Assembly (NCBI GenBank): GCA_963575745.1
Contig: CAUYUJ010000159.1
Location: forward strand, 620,001-667,232
Direction of reading: 5' to 3'
DNA length: 47,232 bases
From: Prorocentrum cordatum
Lineage: Eukaryota
A model generated the notes under the pieces. It worked only from the letters and a program-made list of their open reading frames with translations. It did not search any database and was not told the origin of the DNA. Both the position numbers and the translations under genes were made by a program. This document shows, in pieces, positions 35,354 to 47,232 of the stretch. Each line of letters begins with the position of its first letter. The stretch's first letter is position 1.

Positions 35354-36099
35354 AAGTAGACAGCGCGCGCAACAGTTCCAAACGACTGGCGACTAGGATG
35401 GCGGACTTCGGACTAGTATAGGGGGTCGCCAGGAAGAGGGCGCCCCATGGCGTTAGAAATGAGATCCAGCAGGGAAACGGGCCAAAGTCAAGAACGTAGA
35501 AATTTTCAACAGCAGTTCCTGCAACCTACAAAGCAGCGAGAGGAGGGTTTGAAAATTCGGCCCGTCGCCCACGCCCCGCCCCAGAGAGGCCCCCGCGCGC
35601 GGCAGCGCGCCGCGAGGGAGGGCGGAGGCAATCGCGCCTCGATGAGCTTCTCAATCAACCAAGTAAATCTCTCAAGTCCTATCGGGGTAAGCATTTTTCT
35701 CAATCTCTGGGCGGAGGTCCTTCGCGCGCTCTCACGATGCATCTAGCCCCGTAACTCTTCGCCGAGGACACCCTGCACATGAGCAGCTTTTCAAAATGCC
35801 TGCGGCCCGAAATCTCTGAAGCGCCCCGGGGGCGAGTGCGCCAGAAATCGGGAGAGACTCGGCCGCGGACCCTGCTCAGGATGGGGGCGCGGGTCATTGC
35901 AGCCCCCCCCGCGCCCTCGAAAGCTGGGCGCCGCGCTTCAGAAGTCACCGACCCCGCGCGCGCGAGGCGGTTCAGCGCCAGCATGCCAATGCGAGCCGGC
36001 CCTCCCCGCGCAGAGACGCGGAGCCAGCCGGCGCGCTCAGGGTGGGAGCATGGCATCTTGAAGATGTTTGAAAACTGCGCGAACGCAGCGTGGCCCAAG

Positions 36100-37330
36100 A
36101 GTGCGGGAGACGCGAAAACCGCGAAACATGACCCATGGCCGCGACGCACCTTCGGATGCAAGTGCGCGCTGCAATCTCCGCTGCGTATTCTCGGGCCCCC
36201 GCTGCTCCGCGGCGCTCGGAACGCTCGATCTGCGGGGCAAGCCGCTTGCCCCCCCGCGCGCCAAGGCCCCGCCGCGCGCGCGGGCGCTGCGCTTTTGGGC
36301 GCATCTCGAAGCCCCTCCATTGAAAAAAAGAATTCCCCAGCCGTCGTTCGCATTGACGCTCGAGCGCGCCATTGAACAGCTGGCCCAAGGGGACCAAACG
36401 CACGCTTAACCGTCTGCAGGACGACGTGGGCGATGTCCTGCACTTCCTTGCAAATCGCGCGCGCTTGCCAAAAAGCGGCGGCCCCTGAAGAAAGTCGCGC
36501 CAGCGTCGCCAGAGCTGGCGCGGACCTCCCTCTCCTGAACGCGCCCGAAATCTCCTGCACCTCTGCGAAAAAATCCGGGCACACCGAGGATAGCCCCCCC
36601 CATCCAGGTCAACCCTGGAAAATGCCGCTCATGATCGAGAATGCATCCGAGACCCCCCCCCCTGGGATCCCCGAGCAAATTGATTGCGCCGGCGAGCGGG
36701 GGGGGCGCGAATTTCATCTGAGGCTATGGAGCCAGTCAGGTAAGGCCAGGCCGCCGTCGGGGGCCTCGCGCGCGACGACGGCGAGGGCGCGCCCCCGCAA
36801 TCGCGGCGCCCGAGAATCGGTTGCTCCCAGGGGGCCTCGAGACTCAAGATTCTAGCGCGCGTCAGGATCCAGGACGTCGTTCCCGAAAGTCCGCCCGCGA
36901 ACGAACCTCGCCGGCTTGCGTCGAGGCGCAGGGGGCCCGCCGAGCCAGACGACTGAAGACGGCCCCGCCAGGATCTTGATGTCGCAGTTGAGCCCCGAGG
37001 GCACTGCATTCGAGTCGCCCCGCACAACTACCTGGAAATCGTCGGGCCCATCGCCCGGCGGCGCTGAGATCGTCGAGGAGCGGCCCGCCGCGGAAGACGC
37101 GCATCGCACTACCGCGCAAGACATCTACTCCGCGAGGCGCCCGTTGCCAGGCCGCGCGAGGCGCCGCGCCAGGGCGAGGGGCCGAGCGCCGCAGCCGCCC
37201 CGGGCGGGCCTTCAGCGACGCGAAAGACGGGCGCGGGACGTCGCGACGTCGAGGGCCTGCGCCTCGACGGGCCGCTGTCCGAAGAGAAGTGCCGCCCTCT
37301 CCTTGTCGAAAAGCTTTGCCGCGAACGCCT
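36100..37330 (-). pseudogene. Non-LTR reverse transcriptase domain remnant
   Basis: In order: GLNCDIKILA (~36970-36995); RFVRGRTFGNDVLD (~36866-36908); ILDHERHFP (DFxxAF position); EISGAFRRG (SGVxQG position); EVQDIAHVV (YADD position); RLVPLG...WRGF. Confidence 0.75.
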
Positions 37331-37822
37331 GGCCCCGGCGCTCCACCGAGGCTGCTTTGATCTGCCAGGGCTGACTAACCGCCCGGCCGCTTCCGTCTGG
37401 GACTCCCCGAGAATATGCGCTCATCAGGAAAAGTCAATCAAAGTGCAGCTCTAGTCACGCGCCTTGCTCGCGTCCTAAAACGACGTCGTTGCGCTCGCAC
37501 TGGGTTCGCCGAGCAGCCCTGGCGAGGCGGGGCCTGTTCCGCGCGCCAACTCCCCTGCGCAGATAAGACGACGCCATCGAAGAAAGCAGCGGGAACCACT
37601 CGTCGCGCTCCTCGCTGCGCGCAGTCGATCGACACTCGCTCGCGGGCAAGAGTGGGACTTGGGGGGCTCCTCGGCCAGCGCCTGGGCTGGCTTCCTGCAA
37701 ATAAACATGTCCCCGGCGCTTCGGGCGGCTTCCATCGTCGACATTTCGCGATGCCGACGCGGCCCTGGATCCGCTGTCTCATCGGGGCGCCCCACTTCCA
37801 CGGACTTCGTTTCCAAGAAATA

Positions 37823-38365
37823 TGTGATCGTTCTTTTATTCTGGGTTTCGTCATTTGGCGCAAGGGGGGGAGGGGGGGGGTCCGGCTCTCGTCCCGTAGT
37901 CAATGCCTCCGATTGAATCATCTTGAAATTTTCAACATAGCTTAAAATTCAACATTTGAGCCTCATGAGGCGTGAAACTGGTAAACAAACTCATTCCAAC
38001 AATTACAGTGCAACGCAAATATTTATGAAACTTATCGATAATTTAAAATGTATTATGATATATTGTGAAATGTCTTAGTCAATATATTTCTGACGTGTAG
38101 AATCAACGCATCTTTTTGGCGATCGGGCCCGGCGCCCCTGAGCCCTTTCGTTATGGCTCCAGAAGAATAGCAGGAAAAAGTTCGCACAGTTGCGCCATGC
38201 CGACAGGCCATCGTTTTTCTACGGAGGGGGGGGGGGGGAGGGGGCGCCGGCCCCGTTAGTTTTCGTCCGAATCGAATGAAAGCAGGTGCCAAATCAGCCC
38301 AAATTCTTACGGGGGGGGGGGGGGGGGGGGCGGGGGGTTCGCGAAAGCAAAAAAAAAACGATCAC
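37823..38365. mobile_element. ~543-bp AT-rich MITE nested in the LINE, TA TSD (Tc1/mariner-like signature)
   Basis: TIR GTGATCGTT(C/T)TTTT at 37824 and as reverse complement ending 38365; TA at 37821-37822 and 38366-38367; excision rejoins the LINE frame as VFTCE|YFLETK. Confidence 0.8.
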
Positions 38366-38449
38366 TATTCGCACGTGAAAACAAGCCCCCGGGCATCGGG
38401 CGGCCATCTGGCGCGGGCCCCTCGCGAGCTCCAACGGTCGTCGCAGCCG

Positions 38450-39220
38450 CGGGCTGGTCGGACACCTGCCTCGCCCAGATGACCCCCCGTGCCCCCGCGC
38501 CCCCCCCCCGCTCTAATGCCGATTGGCCGCCCGCCCAGGACAATCCGCGCATGCGCGGCCAAGCGAAACAAACGTTATACCAGGATGACAATAGGAGGGC
38601 CCTCGTCGACGAGTCCCGCGAGCGACCGCAGCGCTTCCGGCCTGGGGCGCGCGGCTGACGGCACGCAAAGCACCGGGCGATCATTCTGCAGGAGCGGTCG
38701 CGCAGCAGCGAGCCAAACGTTGAACCGCCGCGCTGCCATGTCAATTGGGCAATATCGAGCCATGGACATGAGAAAAAACGACCGCTTTCTGGGGCCGACA
38801 TAGATCATGCCCATGGATCTGCAAGTGAGAAATCCAAGACGCATTCGAAACCAAAGAGCCAATGACCAAGTGAGCAACGCTCGCCCGGGAGCGATTTCGA
38901 TCCCGGCAATGCGCGGGAGGGGGGGGGGAGGGGGGGCGGACAGGCCCGCCTGCGAGCCCCCGCGGGTTAAGGTCAGGGGAAAACGCGACGACGCCACCCG
39001 CGCGGCGGGAGTCCGGAGAGAAAGACGAGGTGAGAGACGAGAACAAGGTCAGGTTCAAGGAGTGGGGGACATCCTGAATCTCTCGGTCAACGCCATGCAC
39101 CTCATGCGCAGCATTCGGGGCTCCAGGACGGGGCAACTTCTCGACGTGGACGAACTTGACCAGCCGCGCTCCACTCTCGCGGTGGAGCATAACCGCTGCG
39201 CTCCAAGTCTTGACGCGGCA
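38450..39220 (-). pseudogene. AP-like (EEP) endonuclease domain remnant of the LINE
   Basis: RVKTWSA (TWN position), HEVHG (QEVHG position), SSF...AGGVVAF, EIAPGRAL and VSDQ (SDH position), in the expected order. Confidence 0.75.
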
Positions 39221-40429
39221 CGGGACACCCCCCAGATGCCCTCCAGCCCGCAAAATGCGGGCCCTGCGAAATGCTCCGCTCAGACGCGCGGGCGCCCGTC
39301 CGCAAGGCTGCGCGGCGGGGTGTGTCAATCCGCGCGAGCTGGGAGCCTTCGGGCGCGAGGTTGGCCTCCGCAGACATGACGGGCACTTCAGCATTTGGTG
39401 CACGTTTGATCTTGATGAACGGTTTCCGGCACGCCGAGATGGAGCCCACGTCCGCGAGCGAGCCCGACAGCACCCTCTTCGCGCACTGTGGCGCGTCCTC
39501 CCTCTGGGTGTCTCCGCGTTCTTACCAGGGCCCGCGTTGATCTCCGCCGCCGTGCCATCGACGGTTCCGCCCATGAACTTCCGCCACTGGCCATCCCTCT
39601 GCCGCGGGCGCAGGAGCGTGAAAACATGCGCCAGCCTTCCCGGAGAAAACACCCTGCCCCTTTTGATCCGCGCGATGTATTTTTTTGACGTCGACTCCAA
39701 CTTCCATTCGCCGTCTGGACTTTTCGTACCTCCCAGCAAAACTCGCATGAAGTTGAACACGCTCTGTTTCGGCATGAGCGCGGGTCGACATCACGCGAAA
39801 AGGTCGTGCCTGGACCTGTGCCTAGAATGGGCGCGGGTGTGACTGAACGTGCAATGCCAAGCTGCCCCCCTTTTCCGTGCGCAGCCGCTTGATCTCGCCG
39901 CCCAGTACTTCCAGTCGCCCGCGACGATCGGCGACCTGCGACTCGATCGGCGCAGTATTTTGTTTTACGGTATCCTACTCCTGAAGCACGTGATGCCCCA
40001 GTCCACGACACGTGTCCGACATTTGCCTCGACTGCGCGTCAAGCGACTGGTAATTCTTGACCACCGAGTCATTGACCGTCTTCTGAACCTCTTCCTCAAG
40101 TGAATACCGTCGGTGTATGTTGTGAACCCCGCGCCGTTTTGGAACATTTGAGATCCCCCACGGCCCACGGGCAGCACCATCTCTTCAGCTGGTCTCTTGT
40201 CGCTGGGGGCCCCTGATCCGCCAGTCGCACCACCAGATCGAGCTGCCGCCAACATTCTGCTTCGCTCTGAACGAACACCCACAAGCAGATGAACGAGGCA
40301 GCGAGGAAAAGACAAAGAGACTTGATCGCGACCTGAAAGAAAGGGGCGCTGTGCCCGAACTTCACCAACTGACGGATATCCCGAAGCTAATCCGGATTCG
40401 CTATTTCACTTTAGCATCACCCGTTTAGC

Positions 40430-40451
40430 CTTGAGCCAAAAATGCTACGAA
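40430..40451 (-). other. Relict dinoflagellate spliced leader (DinoSL)
   Basis: Minus strand TTCGTAGCATTTTTGGCTCAAG versus DinoSL DCCGTAGCCATTTTGGCTCAAG: 19/22, with the 3'-most 12 nt exact. Confidence 0.85.
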
Positions 40452-42989
40452 CCCTCCTCCTCTTCCTCACTTTCCTCCCCCTCCTCCTTCTCCTCCTCTT
40501 CCTCCTCCACTCCCTATTCGGGGGCTCCGCAGCCTAGCGCTCGAGGCAAGGCGCTGGGCTGGACAGCTCGGAATAGCCATCTCGGGCTTCGCGGCTCGCG
40601 ATACGGCAGGTCTCGTTCTGGCGCCCGTGGCAGCGCCCACACAGCGCGGCGACGACGGGGCGGAAATCCAGCAGGCGCTACGCGAGGACCCTGGGCCTCT
40701 GGTGTAAACGGGCAAGGGTCCTGAGGGATGGGGTCCTGAGGAACGGGTGCCTCAAACAACGTGATTCCACTCTTGGACCCCTTTCTTTGAACAACCAACG
40801 GCTCTTGGGCCAAAACTCTGGCCTCCGGCGGCCGTTCGGGACGACTGGGGCACCCCAGGAACGCTCTCGGGGAGGCGCAGCCACTGGAGAACATCCCGAG
40901 GCTGGAAAACCACCGAGAACAACGAAAATGCTCGAAAGCCTCGAGCTCGATAACCCAGAGGGGACCACAGGGGGCAAACCAGGCTTCTGCCGCATGCGCG
41001 GAGTCTTGCGCCAGCGGCGGCTCTGCCCGCCGAAAGCCCTCGAATGGCTCCTGCAGTCGAACAATGATGGATGGGGACTACTTTGAGCTCTACAGCTCGC
41101 AGTGCACCAAAATGCATGAAATGACGGCAGTGTGGGATGCCAGCTCGGCGACAGGCTCACTTCAAACGAGATGAACCATCGAATCGTATTGCATGTGTGG
41201 ATTTTCATACCCCTCCTGCTGTATGTGAGTGAAAGTCCTTCTTGCATAACGTATTTCAGCCAGTCCTGGTCGCCATTAACTGAGAATCGTTGAGATCTGG
41301 CAGCGTTCGAGGATGCATCGGACGCCGCGGCCGTCTCAAAGCGCTCTGGAACGCTCTGAAAGCGTTCTGACGCGCTCTGGAACGATTTGCTCCTGTCCTA
41401 TCGCACCGTCCGACAACTTGCTCCTACAGCGGGACTGAGCAGGGCCGACCAGCGGAGGAGAAGCGACCAGAGCAGGCTCGTGCCCTACAAAAATAGGCCC
41501 GAAGGACCTGGCTCCTGGGCTGCCCGCGGGGTCTTGACCTCGCCGAGGGTAGGGACCTCTGGGGGAGCTGAAGAGGGGAGCGTCCAAGAGGGGGCGGTGC
41601 AAATCATGGCCGGCGGCACGTGCGCGGCCCCAGGGGTGGGGGTGGGGACGCATTGCAACAAGAAGAGGAGCCATGAAATCAGGGGAGGTATCGTGGCCCC
41701 CACCATGATATCCCCTCCCTACTGTTGATGGGGCATAATCCCCCCCCGGATCCGCTGGGGAGGTTGGGCCCGTGCTGTCGGAATGGGTAGAGGGGCGACT
41801 GGAGGAAGAGGAGGAGGAGGATGAGGACGGGCAGAAGGATAGAGGGGGGCGGGATTGGGCAGGCTCAATCAACATGTTAATCACACACACACACACCCCT
41901 GATAAAAAGAGAAACAAAAAACATCCAGAGCAGTCATCACCACCCTCTGGGCCGTCCCCGAGACCTGCCCGACGACGTTGGAGGCTCGAGACCCCCGGGG
42001 CAGAGGAGGGCAGGCGCGACGAAGCTCAAGGTTGCACGGCGCTCCAGGGCGGACGCCCCTGGTGAGCAGGTTTCGGGCCAGTTTGGGCCAACTGAAGAGA
42101 ACCTCCCCTGGGTGAAGGCTCGGGGGAGGGAATCCTCGACGCGTGGGTCAACTCTCTTGAGTGCTGAGTCGGACTCAGGGCGTCCGACTTTGAGACATCA
42201 TGGACAATCAGGCTGTAGCACGTCGCCAACAGCCAATCCCCTCTCCTCCTCCTCCTCCTCCTCCTCCTCCTCCTCCTCCTCCTCCTCCTCCACCCCATCC
42301 TGCCCCCATCCCCCTCCCCCTTCCCCCTACAATCTACACAATATGAATACTACTCTCCTCTCTCCCCTGACGACGTCCAGAAAATATCCGCTCCCCCTCC
42401 GCGTACTGTTGTTTCAAACAGGAATGGCTTAGGTTTGAAATGTTGCTCCCGCTGCAGCGCTGGCTTCATTTTCGCGCGTCCGCTCGTCCCGAATCGTGCT
42501 CCAGCTGCAGCGCTTGCGTCATCATTTCCAGCGCCATGCCACCGCATGATTTTCAGTCCTTCCAGACAGGCCCAAAAATCTAGAAAATGGCCTCCAGAAA
42601 AAAGAACACAGAAGTGATTCCACATTCGGTGTCGATTCGTTGATTTTCTGGGCCGAAGAAGCCCCCCGTTTGGGGGCGTCGCCACGCCATGCTATATCAT
42701 GCTACGCGTTGATCTTCAACACCATACTATGCCATGCAATGCTGTGCCATGCTACCCCATCCGACTGTGCGAATGGAGAGGAGATCCACGCCATGGTAAG
42801 GGATGGGACGGAGGGGTAGGACGTCAGATATGGCGCGAACGCACCTAGTTTGCCCCCTCCCCCTCCCCCCCTCCTCCATCATCCCGCCTGATAAGTAACT
42901 CCTCCTTGTCGCACCCCGAGGCCGGCCGAAAGAAAGGGCGGGCCTGGTGTTTCGCCTGAAGACTACCTCACCACTTATGAGACTTACAC

Positions 42990-43410
42990 ATTGAAACAGC
43001 TTCACGTATGGAGGGCGGGCCGCCTTCAGCATGTGTGGATATCGCCCAGTGCCGCACACATTCGCTGCAAGCATTTGCAAGAGCTTCATGGATGGAGGGC
43101 GGGCCGCTGTCAAAATGTAGCTCTCGCCTTAGCGCTGCGCACATGCGTTTGAAAGTTTGCAAACGCTTCACGGATGGAGAGCGGGTCCCTTTAAAAATAT
43201 GGCTCTCGCCTTAGCGCCGCATACATTCGTATGAGAGTGCGAAAACTTCACGGATGGAGGGCGGGTCGTTTTCAAAATGTGGCTCTCGCCTCAACGCCGC
43301 ACACATTCGTCTCATAAGTTCGCCAGAGCTTCAAGGATGAAGGTCAGTTCGGCTTCAAATGTGGGTCTCGCCTTGGCGCCGCGCACATTCGCCGTAAGAA
43401 TTTGCATACA
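42990..43410 (+). repeat. ~82-bp tandem repeat, 5 units
   Basis: TTCACGGATGGAGGGCGGG...ATGTGGCTCTCGCCT..GCGCCGCACACATTCG near 43001, 43085, 43167, 43247 and 43330. Confidence 0.9.
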
Positions 43411-44019
43411 TGTCAAGGATCCCATGGATAACGCCCAAACAATGGTTATCTGGAACGATGTCGGAAAATCAGGGCGCAACCGTCACATTGGCTCGCGGTG
43501 TTGAAGTCTTAAGACTGCCTTCTGGCACGATTCATGCTCGTCAGGACGCAACAGTAACGGTCATTCGCGACGTGGAAGTCCCAGGAATGGGTTCCTGGTA
43601 ATGTTTCAATATTCAAATGGTTGCTCAACGGGGCACCATTTCCCTCAGTTGGAACAAATTGCTTCTTCTAGATGCCTATGAAGAGGGGCCTTGGAGGGAG
43701 GGTCCATTGCAATACAGTTGATGAGTCTTCGGCTTACACTGGTCCTCTTCCTCATCCCCCTTCCTCCCCCTCCTCCTCCTCCTCCTCCTCCTCCTCGCCT
43801 TCCTCCTCCTCCTCCTTGGATCGCCGCGACCGTCCCGCCCGAATGCGCGCGAGCGGGGGGTGCCGCCTCGTGGAACCTCGGCTGCTCCTGGTGGACGCGG
43901 ATGACTCGACTGCGGTCGCCCTCGGCGTGCGCGCGCGCGCACTGGAGGTGGCCACTGACGAACTCGCGGCGACGACGACGACGACAATGACGACAAGGTG
44001 TCCGGAGGTATCCGAAGGT

Positions 44020-44500
44020 TTGCAGAATTGTCCCTTTGTACACACATGGCGCGCGCAGCTCGTTTTGGACATCCAGTTGCGCCCTGGCGCGCGCATTCGT
44101 GAAATTGCTTTGGCGGGTGGGTGATACCTACCCAGAAACCTTGGGTGTACTGGCGCTGGCCTCTCTTGCGGAATCTGCCTATACTTCTGCAGGCTTACGT
44201 CAAACTTCGGCCTGCGGAATCGTCCCCAATGTACTTCGGAGACGTCTGGAGGAGCGGCGATTCAACAATATTGCCCGACACGCTGCCGCCACCAAGAGCC
44301 AATGACAGATCGTGCCAAATTTGGTGGACATCCCTGGTCAATGCCACAACACCACCGAAGTCACGAGACGGAAAAACGAGAATGATGACGCGGGGGCTAG
44401 CAAACATGTGTTCAAAAAATACGTCCGATCCGCCCATCCACGACATAGTAGAACACAGACGGGGGGTTCTCCACCATCCCGCCTGCACATCACCCCTCGT
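44020..44500 (-). pseudogene. Possible second LINE endonuclease fragment
   Basis: PVCVLLC, SRDFGGVVAL, SAGRSLT and VCTKGQF parallel the motif order of the 38450-39220 domain; very degenerate. Confidence 0.35.
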
Positions 44501-45375
44501 CTTTCAAAATGGCAGGGGGCAACCCTTTCCCCTCGCTCCACCAGTTTTCCCCTTCCATTCGTTCTCGTTCCTCACTTCTCGTCCACATCCTCCATGTCCT
44601 CTTCCTCCTCCCTCCTCCTTCTCCGCCTCCCTATCCCCCCTCTCCTCCACCGCCACATCATCATCGTGTCCTCCACCGGTTTCTCCCAAAACAAACGGGG
44701 GGCCACCGACATCCCGCCTGGCTCCTCGGCCACAAGACTCCGGCCTGCCCGAAAATGTCCGCCCTCCGCCAAAATCTCGGCCTCCCGATCCCCTCCACCG
44801 GATGGGAAGCAACAACACTACGGTCAGAACCTGCACAACTGAAAGATACGATGATGGTTAGAAGACTACCGAGAGGACCACCCTGCGGGTGATAAGGAGG
44901 TTGGGGGGGGAAGGGGGAGGCGGTCGATTTGCGATGGTTCTGGGTTCTTGGGTGGTCTCTTCAATGGTGGCCTCTTCAACTTTTTTATTGACGCGCACAT
45001 CTGCCCACCTTTCCATTGACCGAAATGTCTAATGAATTATTCGGGACGTCATTATGTCAATATGTCACTATCTATCCAGATAATATCAATATGTCAGTCG
45101 ATCAACCTGCCATACAAACAACCAATCAATCAACCAATCAACATATACATATGTACGTATAAATATAACGTTCGATCTACATGTACATATGCGCGTGTGT
45201 ATATTCAATCAATAACTATGCATATATACATATAAATATATAAACATCTAGATGTATGTATTTACATGTTTTATATCTCTATCTCTATATATATATATAT
45301 AAACCTAGCTGTATATCTAGGTATGTACATATATATATATACCCCTACCTCTCTATCTCTCTATATCTCAGCCAA

Positions 45376-45700
45376 CGGGGCAACCATCGGGACAACAATC
45401 GCGACAGCCATCGGGACAACCATCGGAACAAACATCGGGACAACCATCAGGACAACACGTAACACTATCTATCTATTTATCGATCAACCATCGGGGCAAC
45501 CATCGGGACAACCATCGGGACAATCATCAGGACGACCATCGGGACAACCATCGGGACAATGATCGGGACAACAATCGGGACAACCACCGGGACAACCATC
45601 GGGACGACAATTGGGACAACCATCAGGGCAACCATCGGGACAACCATCGGGACAACCATCGGGACAACCACAACCGTCGGGACCACCGCCGGGACAACCA
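45376..45700 (+). repeat. 12-bp minisatellite (GGGACAACCATC)n
   Basis: Read directly. Confidence 0.95.
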
Positions 45701-45889
45701 GGGGCCACGCCCGGCGCTCGAGGGGCGGCCCTTTTGGCAATATACGGCCTCTGCTAAGGATGGAACTTGCGCAGCTTCGCCTCGCCCCCACGCACGACAC
45801 GAACCGAAACCAGAACCGATTTCCCGGTTGGGGCCACTACCGTTCCAACCCCCCAACCTCCGACGACTCTGGTTACTTCAATGAAACCG

Positions 45890-46106
45890 ACTACCATGAT
45901 TTACGTCTACTACACTACGTATCACGTACTAAGGACTACGTACGACTAACAGTGCTACTCCTACTGGTACGACCACAGATACTACTACTTCGACTCCGAC
46001 ATAGGACTACGACTACAAATGACTACGGCTTTGACGAGTATCCCAGATGCCACCACGCTGACCCTCACTATCACTACTACTACGACTACTCCTACGACTA
46101 CTACTG

Positions 46107-46142
<36 letters not shown>

Positions 46143-46163
46143 CGACTACTACTACTACTACTC

Positions 46164-46194
<31 letters not shown>

Positions 46195-46334
46195 GATTGC
46201 TTCGACTACTGCTGCTACTAATCACTGCGCACAAACGACAAAGGGTACGACGACTAGAACTACAACTACAAGTACCACGACTGCCGGCAACACGACAACT
46301 ACTACTACTATTACTACTACTACTACTGCTGCTG

Positions 46335-46371
<37 letters not shown>

Positions 46372-46783
46372 CATGAATACAACTACTACAGCTACTACGA
46401 CAACTACTACGACGACGACTACGACTACTACGACTACTACTACTGCCAGTACCACACTCCTATTGTTAATGCTACTACTACTACCGCCACTCCATCTACT
46501 ACTACTAGTACTACCACTTCTACTACCACTTCTTCTACTACTACGACTACTACTACGATTGTTACGACTACTACTACGATTGGTACGACTACTATTAACA
46601 CACATCTCCCGCCATGACTACTACTACCACTCCCGCCATTACTACTACTTCCCCTACTGCTACTACCACCACGACCACTAGTACGAATACTACTACTATT
46701 ACTACCACTGCGACTACAACTACGGCTGCTAAACATTACTAGCTGTACTACCTCTGATACTGCTGTTGCTACTACTACTACTG

Positions 46784-46821
<38 letters not shown>

Positions 46822-46849
46822 GCTATTACTACCACTACTACTACTATTG

Positions 46850-46891
<42 letters not shown>

Positions 46892-46929
46892 GTACTACTA
46901 CTCTACTAATACTAGTTCGGCTACTACTA

Positions 46930-46985
<56 letters not shown>

Positions 46986-47181
46986 TTACTACTACTACTA
47001 TTACTACTATTACTACTACTACTACTACTACTACCACCACTTCTACGACTGCTACTACTACGACTACTAATACTACTACTACGACTACTACTACCACTAC
47101 TACTAGTACTACTACGACACATACGATCACGAGTACTATTACTACTACTACTACTACTACTACTACTACGACGACTATTAT

Positions 47182-47232
<51 letters not shown>
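45890..47232. repeat. Long degenerate (ACT)n microsatellite running off the window end
   Basis: Read directly. Confidence 0.97.

Larger units (their letters stand above)
35354..40451 (-). mobile_element. Near-full-length, heavily decayed LINE (ORF1-like region, APE, RT, C-terminal zinc knuckle)
   Basis: Colinear motif remnants across frames: coiled-coil region SLEEEVQKTV...GEIKRLR; endonuclease at 38450-39220; RT at ~36100-37330; GAWATGR...CFVGC knuckle at ~35520-35580. Many stops and frameshifts. Confidence 0.85.

Noticed and set aside
45559..47232. Mucin-like poly-Thr or poly-Tyr protein, or a telomere
   Set aside because: This is a degenerate (ACT)n tract with frame changes, and it is not a TTTAGGG-type repeat

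Overview
This is repeat-dominated eukaryotic DNA, most likely from a dinoflagellate nuclear genome: there is a 19/22 match to the dinoflagellate spliced leader (DinoSL) at 40430-40451 on the minus strand. I can support no intact host gene, rRNA, tRNA or CRISPR array, and nearly all tracked ORFs are translations of repeats. The coding-derived sequence is all mobile-element material. (1) 905-2994 (-): a decayed ~700-codon frame with about 15 tandem Cys-rich zinc-finger-like modules fused to a Helitron Rep/helicase N-terminal motif. (2) 10466-11554 (+): an open RNase H plus Cys/His-finger 3' fragment of a non-LTR retrotransposon between two (GGA)n tracts. (3) 35354-40451 (-): a near-full-length decayed LINE (ORF1-like region, AP endonuclease, RT, zinc knuckle) that starts at the DinoSL relic and carries a nested TA-flanked MITE. 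(4) ~44020-44500 (-): a probable second endonuclease fragment. Non-coding structure includes a ~10-kb array of 190-bp monomers with a ~10-monomer higher-order period, 365/82/64/18/12-bp tandem arrays, several MITE/foldback elements, and a three-copy ~190-bp hairpin family whose T-shaped head resembles a parvovirus ITR and appears in two orientations. All domain calls come from motif recognition by eye, not database searches.
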